Shown piece by piece: positions 39,073 to 49,056 of a DNA stretch of 64,000 nucleotides. Position numbers and translations under genes: made by a program. The notes under the pieces are model-generated. The model saw only the letters and a program-made list of their open reading frames with translations, was not told where the DNA came from and did no database searches. Numbering within the stretch: position 1 is the stretch's first letter; every line of letters begins with the position of its first letter. This DNA is from a virus (lineage: Duplodnaviria > Caudoviricetes). Location: IMG/VR virus record IMGVR_UViG_3300020148_000032. One strand, 5' to 3'.

Positions 39073-40047
39073 TTAAAGAGCTCCCTTGAAAGAAGAATGG
39101 GTCACTCCGTAAATTGAAAGCTTGTTCTTCTTAGCTTCCAGAAGAGTAGAGTTTTGAGAAGTCTTTACAGCGTTTTGAGCCTTCTCGGAAATTAAAGGAA
39201 CGTCAGACACAATAAAAGCCGCTCGGGAAGAAGTAGGAAAAACAAGGGCGTGGTTAGAGTCAGACATCTTAATTTCCCTCTGCGGAACATAAGGCGTAAA
39301 GAAAAGATCGTAATCAGTCTGAATAAAATGACCTCGTGGAGTCTCTACATAATCAATCATTGTAATAAGAGAATTCACAAATCCATTGATTGTGCGAATA
39401 GACTTTACATTGAGTTCCGGTCGCGGGTTGCGTACAGCCTGAGAAAGGAAGAACCCATACAGACGGACAAGATCAACATAGCGCGCACCCTTGTACTGGT
39501 TAGGGTTCGTCAGTTTCTGAGTGGACTCAAGGTAGAGAGCTTCAATAACAGAGAAGAAAGACTCAACACTAAGGTTATAAAAACCATTCCCCTCTTCATC
39601 AATTCCATGTGCAAAGAAAGTATCAATAACCTCTTCCTGAAAAACACCTGAATCCGTAAAGCGGAGAGACTTTACAGTGTAATTGCGAGAGTTAGGAACC
39701 TTTGACCCACGGAACTTCTTAATAAAGCACAGTGGGAGCCAGTGATGGACCTTAGGAGAATGCGCGCTCTTTGATGATCCAAGGCGAGAGATGAGAGTCA
39801 TTGTCAAGTAGTAAATAACGTCAGACTTCATGTCAAGAGAGAAAGGGTCGCCCTTAATAGTCTGAGATGTAAGGAGCTTCGCCTGCGCTTGCGCGTAATT
39901 TGAAACCTTCTCCCTCAAAGAGGGATCCTTAATCATGAGGGAGTTAAGAGCTTCAAATTTCTGGGGAACTTCAAGAGGCATGTCTGTTAAATTAAACGTG
40001 AGTTCAAGAGCAGTGAGATACCTGTTCATCTCATCGCGTGTTGACAT
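39073..40047 (-). CDS. DUF4238-like protein
   Basis: HHWLPLCFIKKF, VESFFSVIE, Q.VR.P; TTGACA-17-TTTAAT at 40077-40105. Confidence 0.6.
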   Translation of the reverse strand: MSTRDEMNRYLTALELTFNLTDMPLEVPQKFEALNSLMIKDPSLREKVSNYAQAQAKLLTSQTIKGDPFSLDMKSDVIYYLTMTLISRLGSSKSAHSPKVHHWLPLCFIKKFRGSKVPNSRNYTVKSLRFTDSGVFQEEVIDTFFAHGIDEEGNGFYNLSVESFFSVIEALYLESTQKLTNPNQYKGARYVDLVRLYGFFLSQAVRNPRPELNVKSIRTINGFVNSLITMIDYVETPRGHFIQTDYDLFFTPYVPQREIKMSDSNHALVFPTSSRAAFIVSDVPLISEKAQNAVKTSQNSTLLEAKKNKLSIYGVTHSSFKGAL

Positions 40048-40266
40048 GGTAGTCCCTTTCGTCGTTCGCAAAAACTATTAAACACGAAAAAGAATCTTAT
40101 GTCAACTATTAAAAGTCTCTCACCCTCATATTTTTCTTTAGAGCAATCTAATGTTTTCCTGAGTAACGGGCTTCTTTATTATTTTTAATTTTTTTCATGA
40201 AAATTGACTCTTTAACTAAATGTTGGGATTTTTTATCGCTTTCAGATTATTGTTGGACCTTTAGTG

Positions 40267-40755
40267 TCATCCCATATCACCTGTATTCTCATCCGTGAGT
40301 GCATTAACCGATTCTGCCCGGTATATTAATTCTAATTTTAGCCACTCTGGAATTGCGGATTCCTCTCGTGGGTGCATTTCGAGGTCTTCTATGACATTTT
40401 CAATAGGAAACGTAGTTCCATCGGCAGTTTTGGGCATTTCAGTATAATTAAATGCTATTTGAAAATTTCCAAGATCTTCAATAGTCGGATTAAGAACAAT
40501 GATACAGTTAAACCATGCACCTTGATTCTTAGTATACATTTGCTCTCTTAAAAGGATAAGATCATAAGAAAGTTGTGACGCTATTTCTGGGGTGAAAAGC
40601 TTTGTTTCATCAAGGTTAGAGATCGCATTAATTCTATTGTGAGTAGGTATGAATTCTACAGTAAAACGACCTATTGGTTTTTCTTCAAAAGAGTCATGCA
40701 ATTTGTCCATAATATGAAAAACCATTTGTTTTGTTTCTTCAGAATATTCATACAT
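40267..40755 (-). CDS. Polymorphic-toxin immunity-like protein (YezG/DUF600-like, actinobacterial type)
   Basis: LREQMY...GAWF...FNY..P...DLEMHPR....IPEWL. Confidence 0.6.
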   Translation of the reverse strand: MYEYSEETKQMVFHIMDKLHDSFEEKPIGRFTVEFIPTHNRINAISNLDETKLFTPEIASQLSYDLILLREQMYTKNQGAWFNCIIVLNPTIEDLGNFQIAFNYTEMPKTADGTTFPIENVIEDLEMHPREESAIPEWLKLELIYRAESVNALTDENTGDMG

Positions 40756-40766
40756 GAGAAATGCTC

Positions 40767-41771
40767 CTAAACGTTTTCAATATTTTCTAAATCGGGGAAT
40801 CTCTTTCGTGTAAAATGACGAACTAGATTAGTTATTAAATCGGCAAAATCTTCATCAAGGTCGAAATAGTCAATTTCCTCATCTTGATAACCACTGTTAT
40901 CATAAATGGGGTACTTCACTTTTTCGCCAATACTTAATAAATAATAATTTACAATTACGGCTCTATCTTCAGCGGACGACCACAAGTTAAAATAATCAAT
41001 AGAATTAGAAATTAATTCTGGCTCAAATTCATGTGAAAGATATCCCGGTAAATCAGACTCCTTCTCAGAATCTAACAAGAATGATAATAATTCTTTATCC
41101 TCATAAAGAGAATTAGAATATAAAATATCAATATAATTCCAAATTTTTATAAACAATTCATTATTTTTAAGAATTGAATATTTTTTAGGAATATTCAACT
41201 TTTTTAATCGATCAAAATAAAAAACTTTAGTATCAATAGAATCAAGTTTTTCCTTTATAACCCTTGACTCTTCATTAAGTAAATCGTACCACTCTGGAAT
41301 ATATTTCTTACTTCTCGGGTACTTTTTAAAATGATGTAACAATGATGCTCTTTTTGGGAAAATGTTAGGAACATCATCATTGTCTTTCCACTGATCTTCA
41401 AGTATATTAAAACGTCTCATCCGGTTAATACTTATAGAGAAACTATTCCTCTTTTGAGAGTAATAAAGAGTGAAGTGAAGAAAAGATCCAATTTCTTCAA
41501 GGTAAAATGCTTCTTCAAGATCAAGAATTACTTCATGACTAATTTCTTCAATACAACGGTTTACTAAATCTGGGTGAGTTTTACTTTTCCCAGAGATAAT
41601 AACCCCGCCAATTGTAGTAAAAAAGAATGTAACTTCAGAATTCTTTACATTTTTAAAATGATGAAGTATAGATTCTTCTATACGTTCTAATGCTCGCGCT
41701 ATTTTAGGTGAAGCTATATAATAACCTTCAACTACATCGTCATGAAGTTCTGTTCTAATAATATTTTCCAT
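40767..41771 (-). CDS. Immunity-like protein, diverged paralog with C-terminal extension
   Basis: LEEAFY...GSFL...KYPRSKKYIPEWY. Confidence 0.5.
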   Translation of the reverse strand: MENIIRTELHDDVVEGYYIASPKIARALERIEESILHHFKNVKNSEVTFFFTTIGGVIISGKSKTHPDLVNRCIEEISHEVILDLEEAFYLEEIGSFLHFTLYYSQKRNSFSISINRMRRFNILEDQWKDNDDVPNIFPKRASLLHHFKKYPRSKKYIPEWYDLLNEESRVIKEKLDSIDTKVFYFDRLKKLNIPKKYSILKNNELFIKIWNYIDILYSNSLYEDKELLSFLLDSEKESDLPGYLSHEFEPELISNSIDYFNLWSSAEDRAVIVNYYLLSIGEKVKYPIYDNSGYQDEEIDYFDLDEDFADLITNLVRHFTRKRFPDLENIENV

Positions 41772-41789
41772 AAGAAAAATATCACTTAC

Positions 41790-42095
41790 TTAAAAAGGTG
41801 GGTCTTGCTTTATATCTGTCGCTAAACGTATAGCTAAAGAATAAAACTGCTCCATTTCTTTGAAAACAAATTCTTTATTAGACCAATAATTATTAAAAAA
41901 GCTTCGAATCCTCTCATATACAAAGGTGTTAAGAAGTGGATCCTGATACTTTTTCTCTAGATCATTGAGAAAGAGGTTCATGTTTTCCTCTAACCTTAGA
42001 TTCATCATAGGAGATTCATCATTCTTTTGAATAAGAGCGTTATATTTTTCTTCATATTTTTCATAGATTTCCATTAGATACTCCTTTAAATTCAA
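41790..42095 (-). CDS. Hypothetical protein
   Basis: ORF. Confidence 0.5.
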   Translation of the reverse strand: MNLKEYLMEIYEKYEEKYNALIQKNDESPMMNLRLEENMNLFLNDLEKKYQDPLLNTFVYERIRSFFNNYWSNKEFVFKEMEQFYSLAIRLATDIKQDPPF

Positions 42096-42912
42096 ATAAA
42101 AGAATTAGTGATGTTGGTAAATTTTTAACAGATTCATCAGTGCAATTAAGAATCATTAACATTTCATCTATATTGTATGAACTTTCGATAAATTCATCAA
42201 AATAATACACTAAAGAATCAAAAGTTTTTAAAGTATTAGAATATGTCACTAGGTTAAAATATATAAAATTAAAATTGTTATTAAAGAAATAATACTTTCT
42301 TGCTTTATTTAATAGCTCTTCATGAAATTCATTCTTATAATCTTTAAGCCAAAGGTGGGGATCCAACGTAAAAATACAATTATCTTTTAAATGTTTTAAA
42401 ATATAAATCCCGTCTTGCTCATTAAAATCATTTTGCAAGAAAATAGTAAAGATATTTTGCTGTAAAGTGAACTTGTTTTTACTTATATTTTGTTTTTCGT
42501 TAAGAGTAATATATCTAGAATAAATATTACTCATTTGAGCAACTATTTCTCCCGAATGGTCAAAAAAAGAATATGGATGTCTTGTGTAAGTTTCCAGAAC
42601 AGATTCTAGAAACTTAGTGAAATGCGAGATATCTGGTTTTTCTCCAGGGAGAGCCAAATTTTTATACTTTCGCAATAAATCAGCAAATAAATTCTGAGAT
42701 AACTCTGAGTCGAGGGTAGAAATGAAGAAGTGGAGTTTCTGATTTGATCTTTTCTTTATAAATTGAAGCAAATATTCTTTTTCATTTATTGGAATATCTT
42801 TAAGATATGTATTATTAGAGAGTTGTTTAATGTGTTTTGTTACTCTCCTGCGGTTAGACCATGGATATGTGAAATATTCCCATCGTGGAATAATCATGAA
42901 TTGATTATCCAA
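42061..42912 (-). CDS. Hypothetical protein
   Basis: 283-aa ORF. Confidence 0.6.
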   Translation of the reverse strand: MDNQFMIIPRWEYFTYPWSNRRRVTKHIKQLSNNTYLKDIPINEKEYLLQFIKKRSNQKLHFFISTLDSELSQNLFADLLRKYKNLALPGEKPDISHFTKFLESVLETYTRHPYSFFDHSGEIVAQMSNIYSRYITLNEKQNISKNKFTLQQNIFTIFLQNDFNEQDGIYILKHLKDNCIFTLDPHLWLKDYKNEFHEELLNKARKYYFFNNNFNFIYFNLVTYSNTLKTFDSLVYYFDEFIESSYNIDEMLMILNCTDESVKNLPTSLILLFEFKGVSNGNL

Positions 42913-43271
42913 TTATTCATATAATTCTTGTCAACAGAAGTCTTTAATTCGCCAACGAGAGTGACCGATGATGAAGAATTGAGGGTTTCTTTAACTGATA
43001 AATACTCTTCACTGTCTAGTAAGAGCTCATTTTCTGTAATGATGTTTCCACAATCAGAAGTTTTAAAGAAGAATGTGCGTCCACTAATGCTTGTCACTTC
43101 TTCTTCCCAATATGTAACAGAGCAAGTCACTACCCCCAAAGTGGAGTCCTCTGTAGTGACTTGCTCTGTTAATGTATTAAAGCTTTTGATGGAAATATAT
43201 CCTAAACCTACAACGAGAAGTGTGAAAAAGAGGGAGAGAAAGATTAACCTCTTGGTCTTGTTCTTCTTCAT
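42894..43271 (-). CDS. Exported/membrane-anchored protein
   Basis: Basic N-terminus + hydrophobic helix. Confidence 0.6.
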   Translation of the reverse strand: MKKNKTKRLIFLSLFFTLLVVGLGYISIKSFNTLTEQVTTEDSTLGVVTCSVTYWEEEVTSISGRTFFFKTSDCGNIITENELLLDSEEYLSVKETLNSSSSVTLVGELKTSVDKNYMNNWIINS

Positions 43272-43283
43272 GTAGATTTCACC

Positions 43284-43541
43284 TTAGAATAATTCATCAA
43301 AGAATTCGGCGATAGCCTCGTCAACAATTTCTGCACTAAAACTACCGCTTTTAGTGAAGAGAACAAGCAACGCTTGACCTTTATCATTAACTAGTACATC
43401 AAACTTTACTGGTTCTGATGAATCAAAACTTGGTCCAACACTTACAGAAATTAATGATTCGTGCCCTTTGAGGGTTTCTCGACCAAGGGCTCTATTAATT
43501 GCACCAATCGCGTTGACTGCTGTTACAATGGGTTTAGGCAT
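43284..43541 (-). CDS. Hypothetical protein
   Basis: AGGAGG RBS. Confidence 0.6.
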   Translation of the reverse strand: MPKPIVTAVNAIGAINRALGRETLKGHESLISVSVGPSFDSSEPVKFDVLVNDKGQALLVLFTKSGSFSAEIVDEAIAEFFDELF

Positions 43542-43653
43542 AAAAAACCTCCTTCAATGAGATTATTATAACCACAATAATAGAAGTTTTTACAAAGGGT
43601 GAGAATTCTCACCCTTCGGCGGAAAGCGTGAATGTCTTTAGCGGTCACGTAGT

Positions 43654-46600
43654 TCATAATCGCTTAGTCTTTCTTAAAGACAATAATGATCCCGTTCCTA
43701 TTAATATCAAGATACTAGAGATAAATATCATGTCATAGAGAGAGCTACCAGTCACAGGATGAGCAGTAGGTCTATCAGTTGGAACATTAGTGTTAGTTGG
43801 GTTATCAACTGGAGTCGGATCACTCGGGTTTGTTGGATTCGTTGGGTCAACAGGGTCATTAGGGTCTGTTGGGTCAGTAGGGGTCGAAGTTGTTATGAAA
43901 GGCATAACAGCACCTACTTGATCACACTGATCCTCAATAATTTGTTCTGGGTCAGATGAACATGTCATATTTCCAAGAACTCCAGAAAGAGTAAGTAACG
44001 CACCTGGGTCAGTAGGATAATCAGGTTGAATCTTACCATTAGGGAGAATTTCCTGAATTGGAGTTTCTACACCTGAATACCACCCTTGAACAAGTAAGTT
44101 TTCTTGAGTTGTAGGCAAAGTAGATTGTGTATAAACAGTTGAATCAAAGTTTACTACCATGCTTGTACCTGGGAATAACCCTTCAACTGGAATAGTAACA
44201 TATGTTCTTTCAGAATCTCTAGAAATCACTGGTGTAATTTCAACATCAGAACTATTGAGGTCATACATTAGGTATTTTCTTGGACTAGTTCTATAACTTG
44301 CCCAACCTCCATTAGAATACATTTGTTGGTAGATATCCCATATTGCATGTATTGACATTGAATAAGTAGCGTCAGTTCCAAGAAGATAAAGTTCTCCTTC
44401 TGAAGAGATATAACTTCCAATGACAGAGCTAGCGATAAATCCAAAATTAGAAGCTTTAATATTCTCCCCCGTTTTAGTGTTTGTAATAAACTCCCCTTCT
44501 TTCATAGTGAAATATTCATTACCCTCAAACCAGAAACCATATGACTCCCAGTTATAATAACCATCGACAAAAATTGCCTCTCCTGAAGAGTTAGTTGCAT
44601 AAACGAACCTGTTGTTAGAAGGGTACTCATTAGATGCTTTCAAATCAGTCATTGATGAGAAGTCAGTGTCTTCATACTTCTTTAACAAATTACCATTAAT
44701 GTCAATTTCAAGAAGTTCATTGTTAGCAAGAATGTATCCATTGTCTATCCAGAACCCGAATCTATTTCTGAAAACAAACATATCAGTTATTTTCAAAACT
44801 TTATTCTCATAGGATAACAAAGTAGGGTTATCAAACGAGTAGAAAACGAACATGCTCCCGCCATCATTAGGAGTTACGTCTCCATATTCTACAATTGGAT
44901 TATTTTTTCCTACATATACATAACCATCGTCTGTTACAAAATATGTTTTATTTGAAGTTGGATAGATAGCAGAATAATGCTTTGAATCATCAAGTATTGA
45001 TTTTTGTGGAGTTGAATAACTAATTGAAGTTCCTGTTTCTGTATAAATTGGAGAATTAACTGAACCCCAAGCCCATATTCCTCCATTAACATCAGTAGCA
45101 AGAATTGATGTGTTCCCCCAGTTTATAGCCACAAAAACATTATCAACAGTAATTGGGGTGCCATTATCATCAATGACTAATCCAAACAGTTCATACATTC
45201 CAAGACCAGAACCTCTACCTAATAGGTCTCCACCATAACCGCCAGAGAGACTAAGAGGGTTTGTTCCAGACCAAAGATTATTGTTCAAATCAAGGACAAA
45301 CAAGTCTCCCGCACCGTCACTGTAAACATTTTTACCAGTTAATTGAACGTTATTGTAATCTACAAGTGGAGCAATATTGTCTGAATTGTCAGCATCTTCA
45401 AACATTCCATTGACTGATAAGACCCACACCTTATCGTCAGTGTCTATAGCGTAATACATTCCGTATTCTGCAGAATCAATGATATCCTTGAACTTCATTG
45501 ATGCTGTTGGGGTCCAGATTACTGGTTCTATTTTTGGATCTCCAAGGAAATCATTACCCAAATAATAAAGTCGTCCGTTCTCGTCTAGAAGCAAACTAGT
45601 ATTATTTCCAGAAAGAGTTTCTTTCCACTTTATTTCATTAGTAGTTGTTGCCATAATAGTGTCATTAGTTCCAAATACGATATCTGGAGTATTAATGTTG
45701 ACATTAAGATCACCAGTAAGAGGTTTGTTTCCATTATTCGTAATTGTTACTGACCAATTAGCGGAACAAGAGTCATCGGCTGTAGCAGCAGAACAATTAG
45801 AGTCAATAGTTGATACATCAACACTAGGGTCATAATTAGCGCGCTTAAAACCAACTTGTGTTCCGAATGAATTACCTGGGGTTGCAGTAACCGTGAAAAC
45901 ATTTGAAGGTAATGCTCCATCGATCATATTGATAAATTTTCTATAACTAGAATATGCTACGTCTTCATATAATTGGTTACCCCAACGGTCAAGACCCAAA
46001 GTATCACCACTTGGAGGACTAACAACAATTGTATATTCTCCTTGTGGTACTGATGTTGAATACGATCCATCACTGGCTGTAAGTAAAGTAATATATGGAG
46101 CAATAGAGCTATCTGGAATAGAATCATAAAGTCCAGTATAAATACTTATTGGAACATTAGGTATTTGCGGGTCGCTTGCGCTCCATCTTCCATTAAGATC
46201 ATCATCCCAGTAAACATCACCTGAAATATTATAAGTGTCTGCAATCATATATACAGGTTGTGGTCTTTCTATAGTTCTTGTTCCTCCATTGACTACAGTA
46301 GGTCCAGTCCAAAGGACAAAAGAGTCACCAGGTTGAGAATCTGCACCTTGGCTCATCGTTATTCGTAATTGAGCTGCGGTACTTAAAGTAGAAGAAGCAT
46401 CAGCAGGAACAAATACTCTTAATGCTGTTGCTTGGTCAAGAGTTGGATTTCCAAAGAGTCCAGCATCACTTACTAGATACCAGCTAGAATCTGCAGGGTT
46501 AAAAGTAGGGAGAATGTCAGTCGTAAAATAAAGTTCAGCATTCGTACTACTATTGCTCATATCTAGATATGCTGATGATAGTGTTGGCTTGTTAGTGAAC

Positions 46601-49011
46601 GAGCTCTCAGTCGGTCCAAAATATGTTGAACTGTTTGCATAAGAGAGAAGATATTGATTATCTCCTTCTTGTGGAAGAATAAAGACTGTTTCTAGAGATT
46701 GTTGAGTTGAAGAGTTAAGAGTAATAAGACTTGCATCATATGAGAAATCTTCCCCCAAGTTAACACGGTTATTTTCGAGAGGGAAATCATCCTCATGTAC
46801 TGAAACGATATCTTCAGTTTGAGTGAATACTCGCACTGGAGCGCTGGTTCCCACCATTTCTGGATAATCTGCATCATTCATGTTAAAAGTAGCAGTATAC
46901 GAAACATAGTAATAGCTCTTTAAGGTAGCGTTTGGTGTCACACTTACTCTTGGGAGAGAAATATCTGCACTTTCGTTGGCACCTCCTGGTGGCATCCAGT
47001 TTGAAAGAGTGAAGTCGATAATGTATCCAGTGCTGTCAGAGCTTCCACAAATTTTCCCATCAGATCCAGGGATTGGGTCTTGAATAGTATAACTCCATGT
47101 TTGTTGAGAATTTTGAGCATTGTTGACAACAAGCGTGTCTCGGTTAACTACTGGGAGAGATACACAAGGGTCTAATTCATAACGCAAAGTAGGAGAATAT
47201 TCCTTATTTGGAGTAACACCATAAAGCGATAATTGTCCAGAAGGCCCATTATTCAAAGTTTGATTACCAGCAATAATGTCTCTATTGTTCCATGTAAGGA
47301 GGGGATATACATAGATACCTTGGCTTGCAGGGTAATCAAGAACAACAGTGTTCTGAAGAATATTAGAAGTGTAATATCCACTTGTTGTACCTGCTAATAA
47401 TTGGTATGAAGAAACAGTTGAGGTTTCGCCAGGAACAAGAACTGAACTTATTTCAGAAGCGCTCTTATTTGTAATACCAATGTAAACATGCGAGTAACCA
47501 ACATAGTCAAATGTTTCTAATGTCTCATGAGGAATAACGATTCTTTCAACAACAGCAGTTGAATCTGGAGTTCCAGTCACCCAACCAGTGTTATTAGAAG
47601 CATCAAGTATCTCAGAGTTTGACTTGGGAGTAGAACTCCATTGTCTTATATAGAGGTCAGAAGTAAGAACTTGATCATTCAAAGTAATTTCTGGAACATT
47701 TGAATTTTCTTCAAGAGTTTGGATAGAAGGGTTAAGGAGCGAGACTGAGTACACTAATGCATAATCAGTGTTGGGGTTGTTTCCATAATTTGTAAAGTCC
47801 GCAAGATTTTCAAAGTGAGCGTACATTTCAGTGGATGGTGCGACCTCCCTTAAATATTCTGTGATTTCAACATCCGAACCACCAGTGATGTTTCTTTGAT
47901 TGAAAATACTAACAGTTGGGTCACTAGGTGTTGCTATACTGAATGCTGTTGGAACCCCACTATAGGTTGTTTCATTCCTAAAGTTTTCAACATAAGTCCA
48001 GTCATTATTTAAGAAGTATGTACCTTCTGAAGAGCCCATTTCGTTATTATGTGTTGAATCATTTCCTGATAAACCGTCTCCCGGTTGAGTTCCAGTTCCA
48101 TTATTGGGATAGAGAGGGTTTACAGTAAAACTAGTTGGATCAACATTAATATGTAAAGCATATGATCCATTAAATTCGGGAAGTACAGCCTTTAAATATT
48201 GTGATTGTCCTGAGTTTTCAGAAATTGGGAGTAATCCATTATTTGGGAATATTTGTAATGAATATTCGCCATTATTGTCTTTGACAAACCATTGTGTAGC
48301 TGCTGGCATTTCAGTTACATCAAGAGTTCCAGACCAAGGTCCACCAGTGCTTGACCCCTTAGTGTTATTAGTTCCACCTACTTTTAGAGCAACTGGGCGT
48401 ATCTCAAAGAATTGATCAAGACTCCCATAGGTCGTGCCTCCGCCAGAAAGAATTAAATCAGCATAAGGTTGTGAAGTAATAGTAGTGTTGTCAAGCTCTA
48501 CAATATTTTCAGTAGAATTCAAGGACGTTTTTATTGAAACTGAAGCGACTTCACTCAAGGTTAAACCATGGGTATCCTCAGCCTTTAATGTAAGGGTGTA
48601 TGTAGAATTCTTTTCTTGATTCCTTACGAGAGTTTCAGTCCACACTTGTGGGTTTACTACAGTAAAGAATTCGCTATTCTGAGGAGTAATAGTCACTGTT
48701 CTAGCGTCCCCAGGGAGATAATGTACGTTAAGTGTATATTGTACAGTATCTCCACTGGTGACTACATTATCGTGCGGATCATCATCACCGACCTCAAAAC
48801 CATTCGCAGTCGTAATATAAGTCTGTCGGTCTGTACCGTGTCCAGTACCGTCAAAGTCTTTATTGAAAGTTATTTCGACTTGAGCGGTAGTGTCAGTATA
48901 AGCATGACCCTTTAATAAACTAGTTGGGATTATTAATAGTACTAGCAGACTTGCAAGAATAAAAGCCGGGACTTTTATGGCATTGCTGAAAACGTTTTGA
49001 GTATTCTTCAT
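43654..49011 (-). CDS. Large sortase-type cell-surface protein (signal peptide, SdrD-B-like domain, RCC1-like repeats, PT linker, HPVTG + TM + basic tail)
   Basis: ISGDVYWDDDLNG; LLLDENGRLYYLG and ATDVNGGIWAWG repeats; PTDPTDPNDPVDPTNPT; HPVTG...FISSILILIGTGSLLSLRKTKRL. Confidence 0.78.
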   Translation of the reverse strand: MKNTQNVFSNAIKVPAFILASLLVLLIIPTSLLKGHAYTDTTAQVEITFNKDFDGTGHGTDRQTYITTANGFEVGDDDPHDNVVTSGDTVQYTLNVHYLPGDARTVTITPQNSEFFTVVNPQVWTETLVRNQEKNSTYTLTLKAEDTHGLTLSEVASVSIKTSLNSTENIVELDNTTITSQPYADLILSGGGTTYGSLDQFFEIRPVALKVGGTNNTKGSSTGGPWSGTLDVTEMPAATQWFVKDNNGEYSLQIFPNNGLLPISENSGQSQYLKAVLPEFNGSYALHINVDPTSFTVNPLYPNNGTGTQPGDGLSGNDSTHNNEMGSSEGTYFLNNDWTYVENFRNETTYSGVPTAFSIATPSDPTVSIFNQRNITGGSDVEITEYLREVAPSTEMYAHFENLADFTNYGNNPNTDYALVYSVSLLNPSIQTLEENSNVPEITLNDQVLTSDLYIRQWSSTPKSNSEILDASNNTGWVTGTPDSTAVVERIVIPHETLETFDYVGYSHVYIGITNKSASEISSVLVPGETSTVSSYQLLAGTTSGYYTSNILQNTVVLDYPASQGIYVYPLLTWNNRDIIAGNQTLNNGPSGQLSLYGVTPNKEYSPTLRYELDPCVSLPVVNRDTLVVNNAQNSQQTWSYTIQDPIPGSDGKICGSSDSTGYIIDFTLSNWMPPGGANESADISLPRVSVTPNATLKSYYYVSYTATFNMNDADYPEMVGTSAPVRVFTQTEDIVSVHEDDFPLENNRVNLGEDFSYDASLITLNSSTQQSLETVFILPQEGDNQYLLSYANSSTYFGPTESSFTNKPTLSSAYLDMSNSSTNAELYFTTDILPTFNPADSSWYLVSDAGLFGNPTLDQATALRVFVPADASSTLSTAAQLRITMSQGADSQPGDSFVLWTGPTVVNGGTRTIERPQPVYMIADTYNISGDVYWDDDLNGRWSASDPQIPNVPISIYTGLYDSIPDSSIAPYITLLTASDGSYSTSVPQGEYTIVVSPPSGDTLGLDRWGNQLYEDVAYSSYRKFINMIDGALPSNVFTVTATPGNSFGTQVGFKRANYDPSVDVSTIDSNCSAATADDSCSANWSVTITNNGNKPLTGDLNVNINTPDIVFGTNDTIMATTTNEIKWKETLSGNNTSLLLDENGRLYYLGNDFLGDPKIEPVIWTPTASMKFKDIIDSAEYGMYYAIDTDDKVWVLSVNGMFEDADNSDNIAPLVDYNNVQLTGKNVYSDGAGDLFVLDLNNNLWSGTNPLSLSGGYGGDLLGRGSGLGMYELFGLVIDDNGTPITVDNVFVAINWGNTSILATDVNGGIWAWGSVNSPIYTETGTSISYSTPQKSILDDSKHYSAIYPTSNKTYFVTDDGYVYVGKNNPIVEYGDVTPNDGGSMFVFYSFDNPTLLSYENKVLKITDMFVFRNRFGFWIDNGYILANNELLEIDINGNLLKKYEDTDFSSMTDLKASNEYPSNNRFVYATNSSGEAIFVDGYYNWESYGFWFEGNEYFTMKEGEFITNTKTGENIKASNFGFIASSVIGSYISSEGELYLLGTDATYSMSIHAIWDIYQQMYSNGGWASYRTSPRKYLMYDLNSSDVEITPVISRDSERTYVTIPVEGLFPGTSMVVNFDSTVYTQSTLPTTQENLLVQGWYSGVETPIQEILPNGKIQPDYPTDPGALLTLSGVLGNMTCSSDPEQIIEDQCDQVGAVMPFITTSTPTDPTDPNDPVDPTNPTNPSDPTPVDNPTNTNVPTDRPTAHPVTGSSLYDMIFISSILILIGTGSLLSLRKTKRL

Positions 49012-49056
49012 TTTTCTCTCTCAAGATCTTACGATGATAGAAAGAAATATCAAAAG

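Noticed and set aside
43770-43890. Short tandem repeats
   Set aside because: They encode the Pro/Thr/Asp linker of the surface protein.
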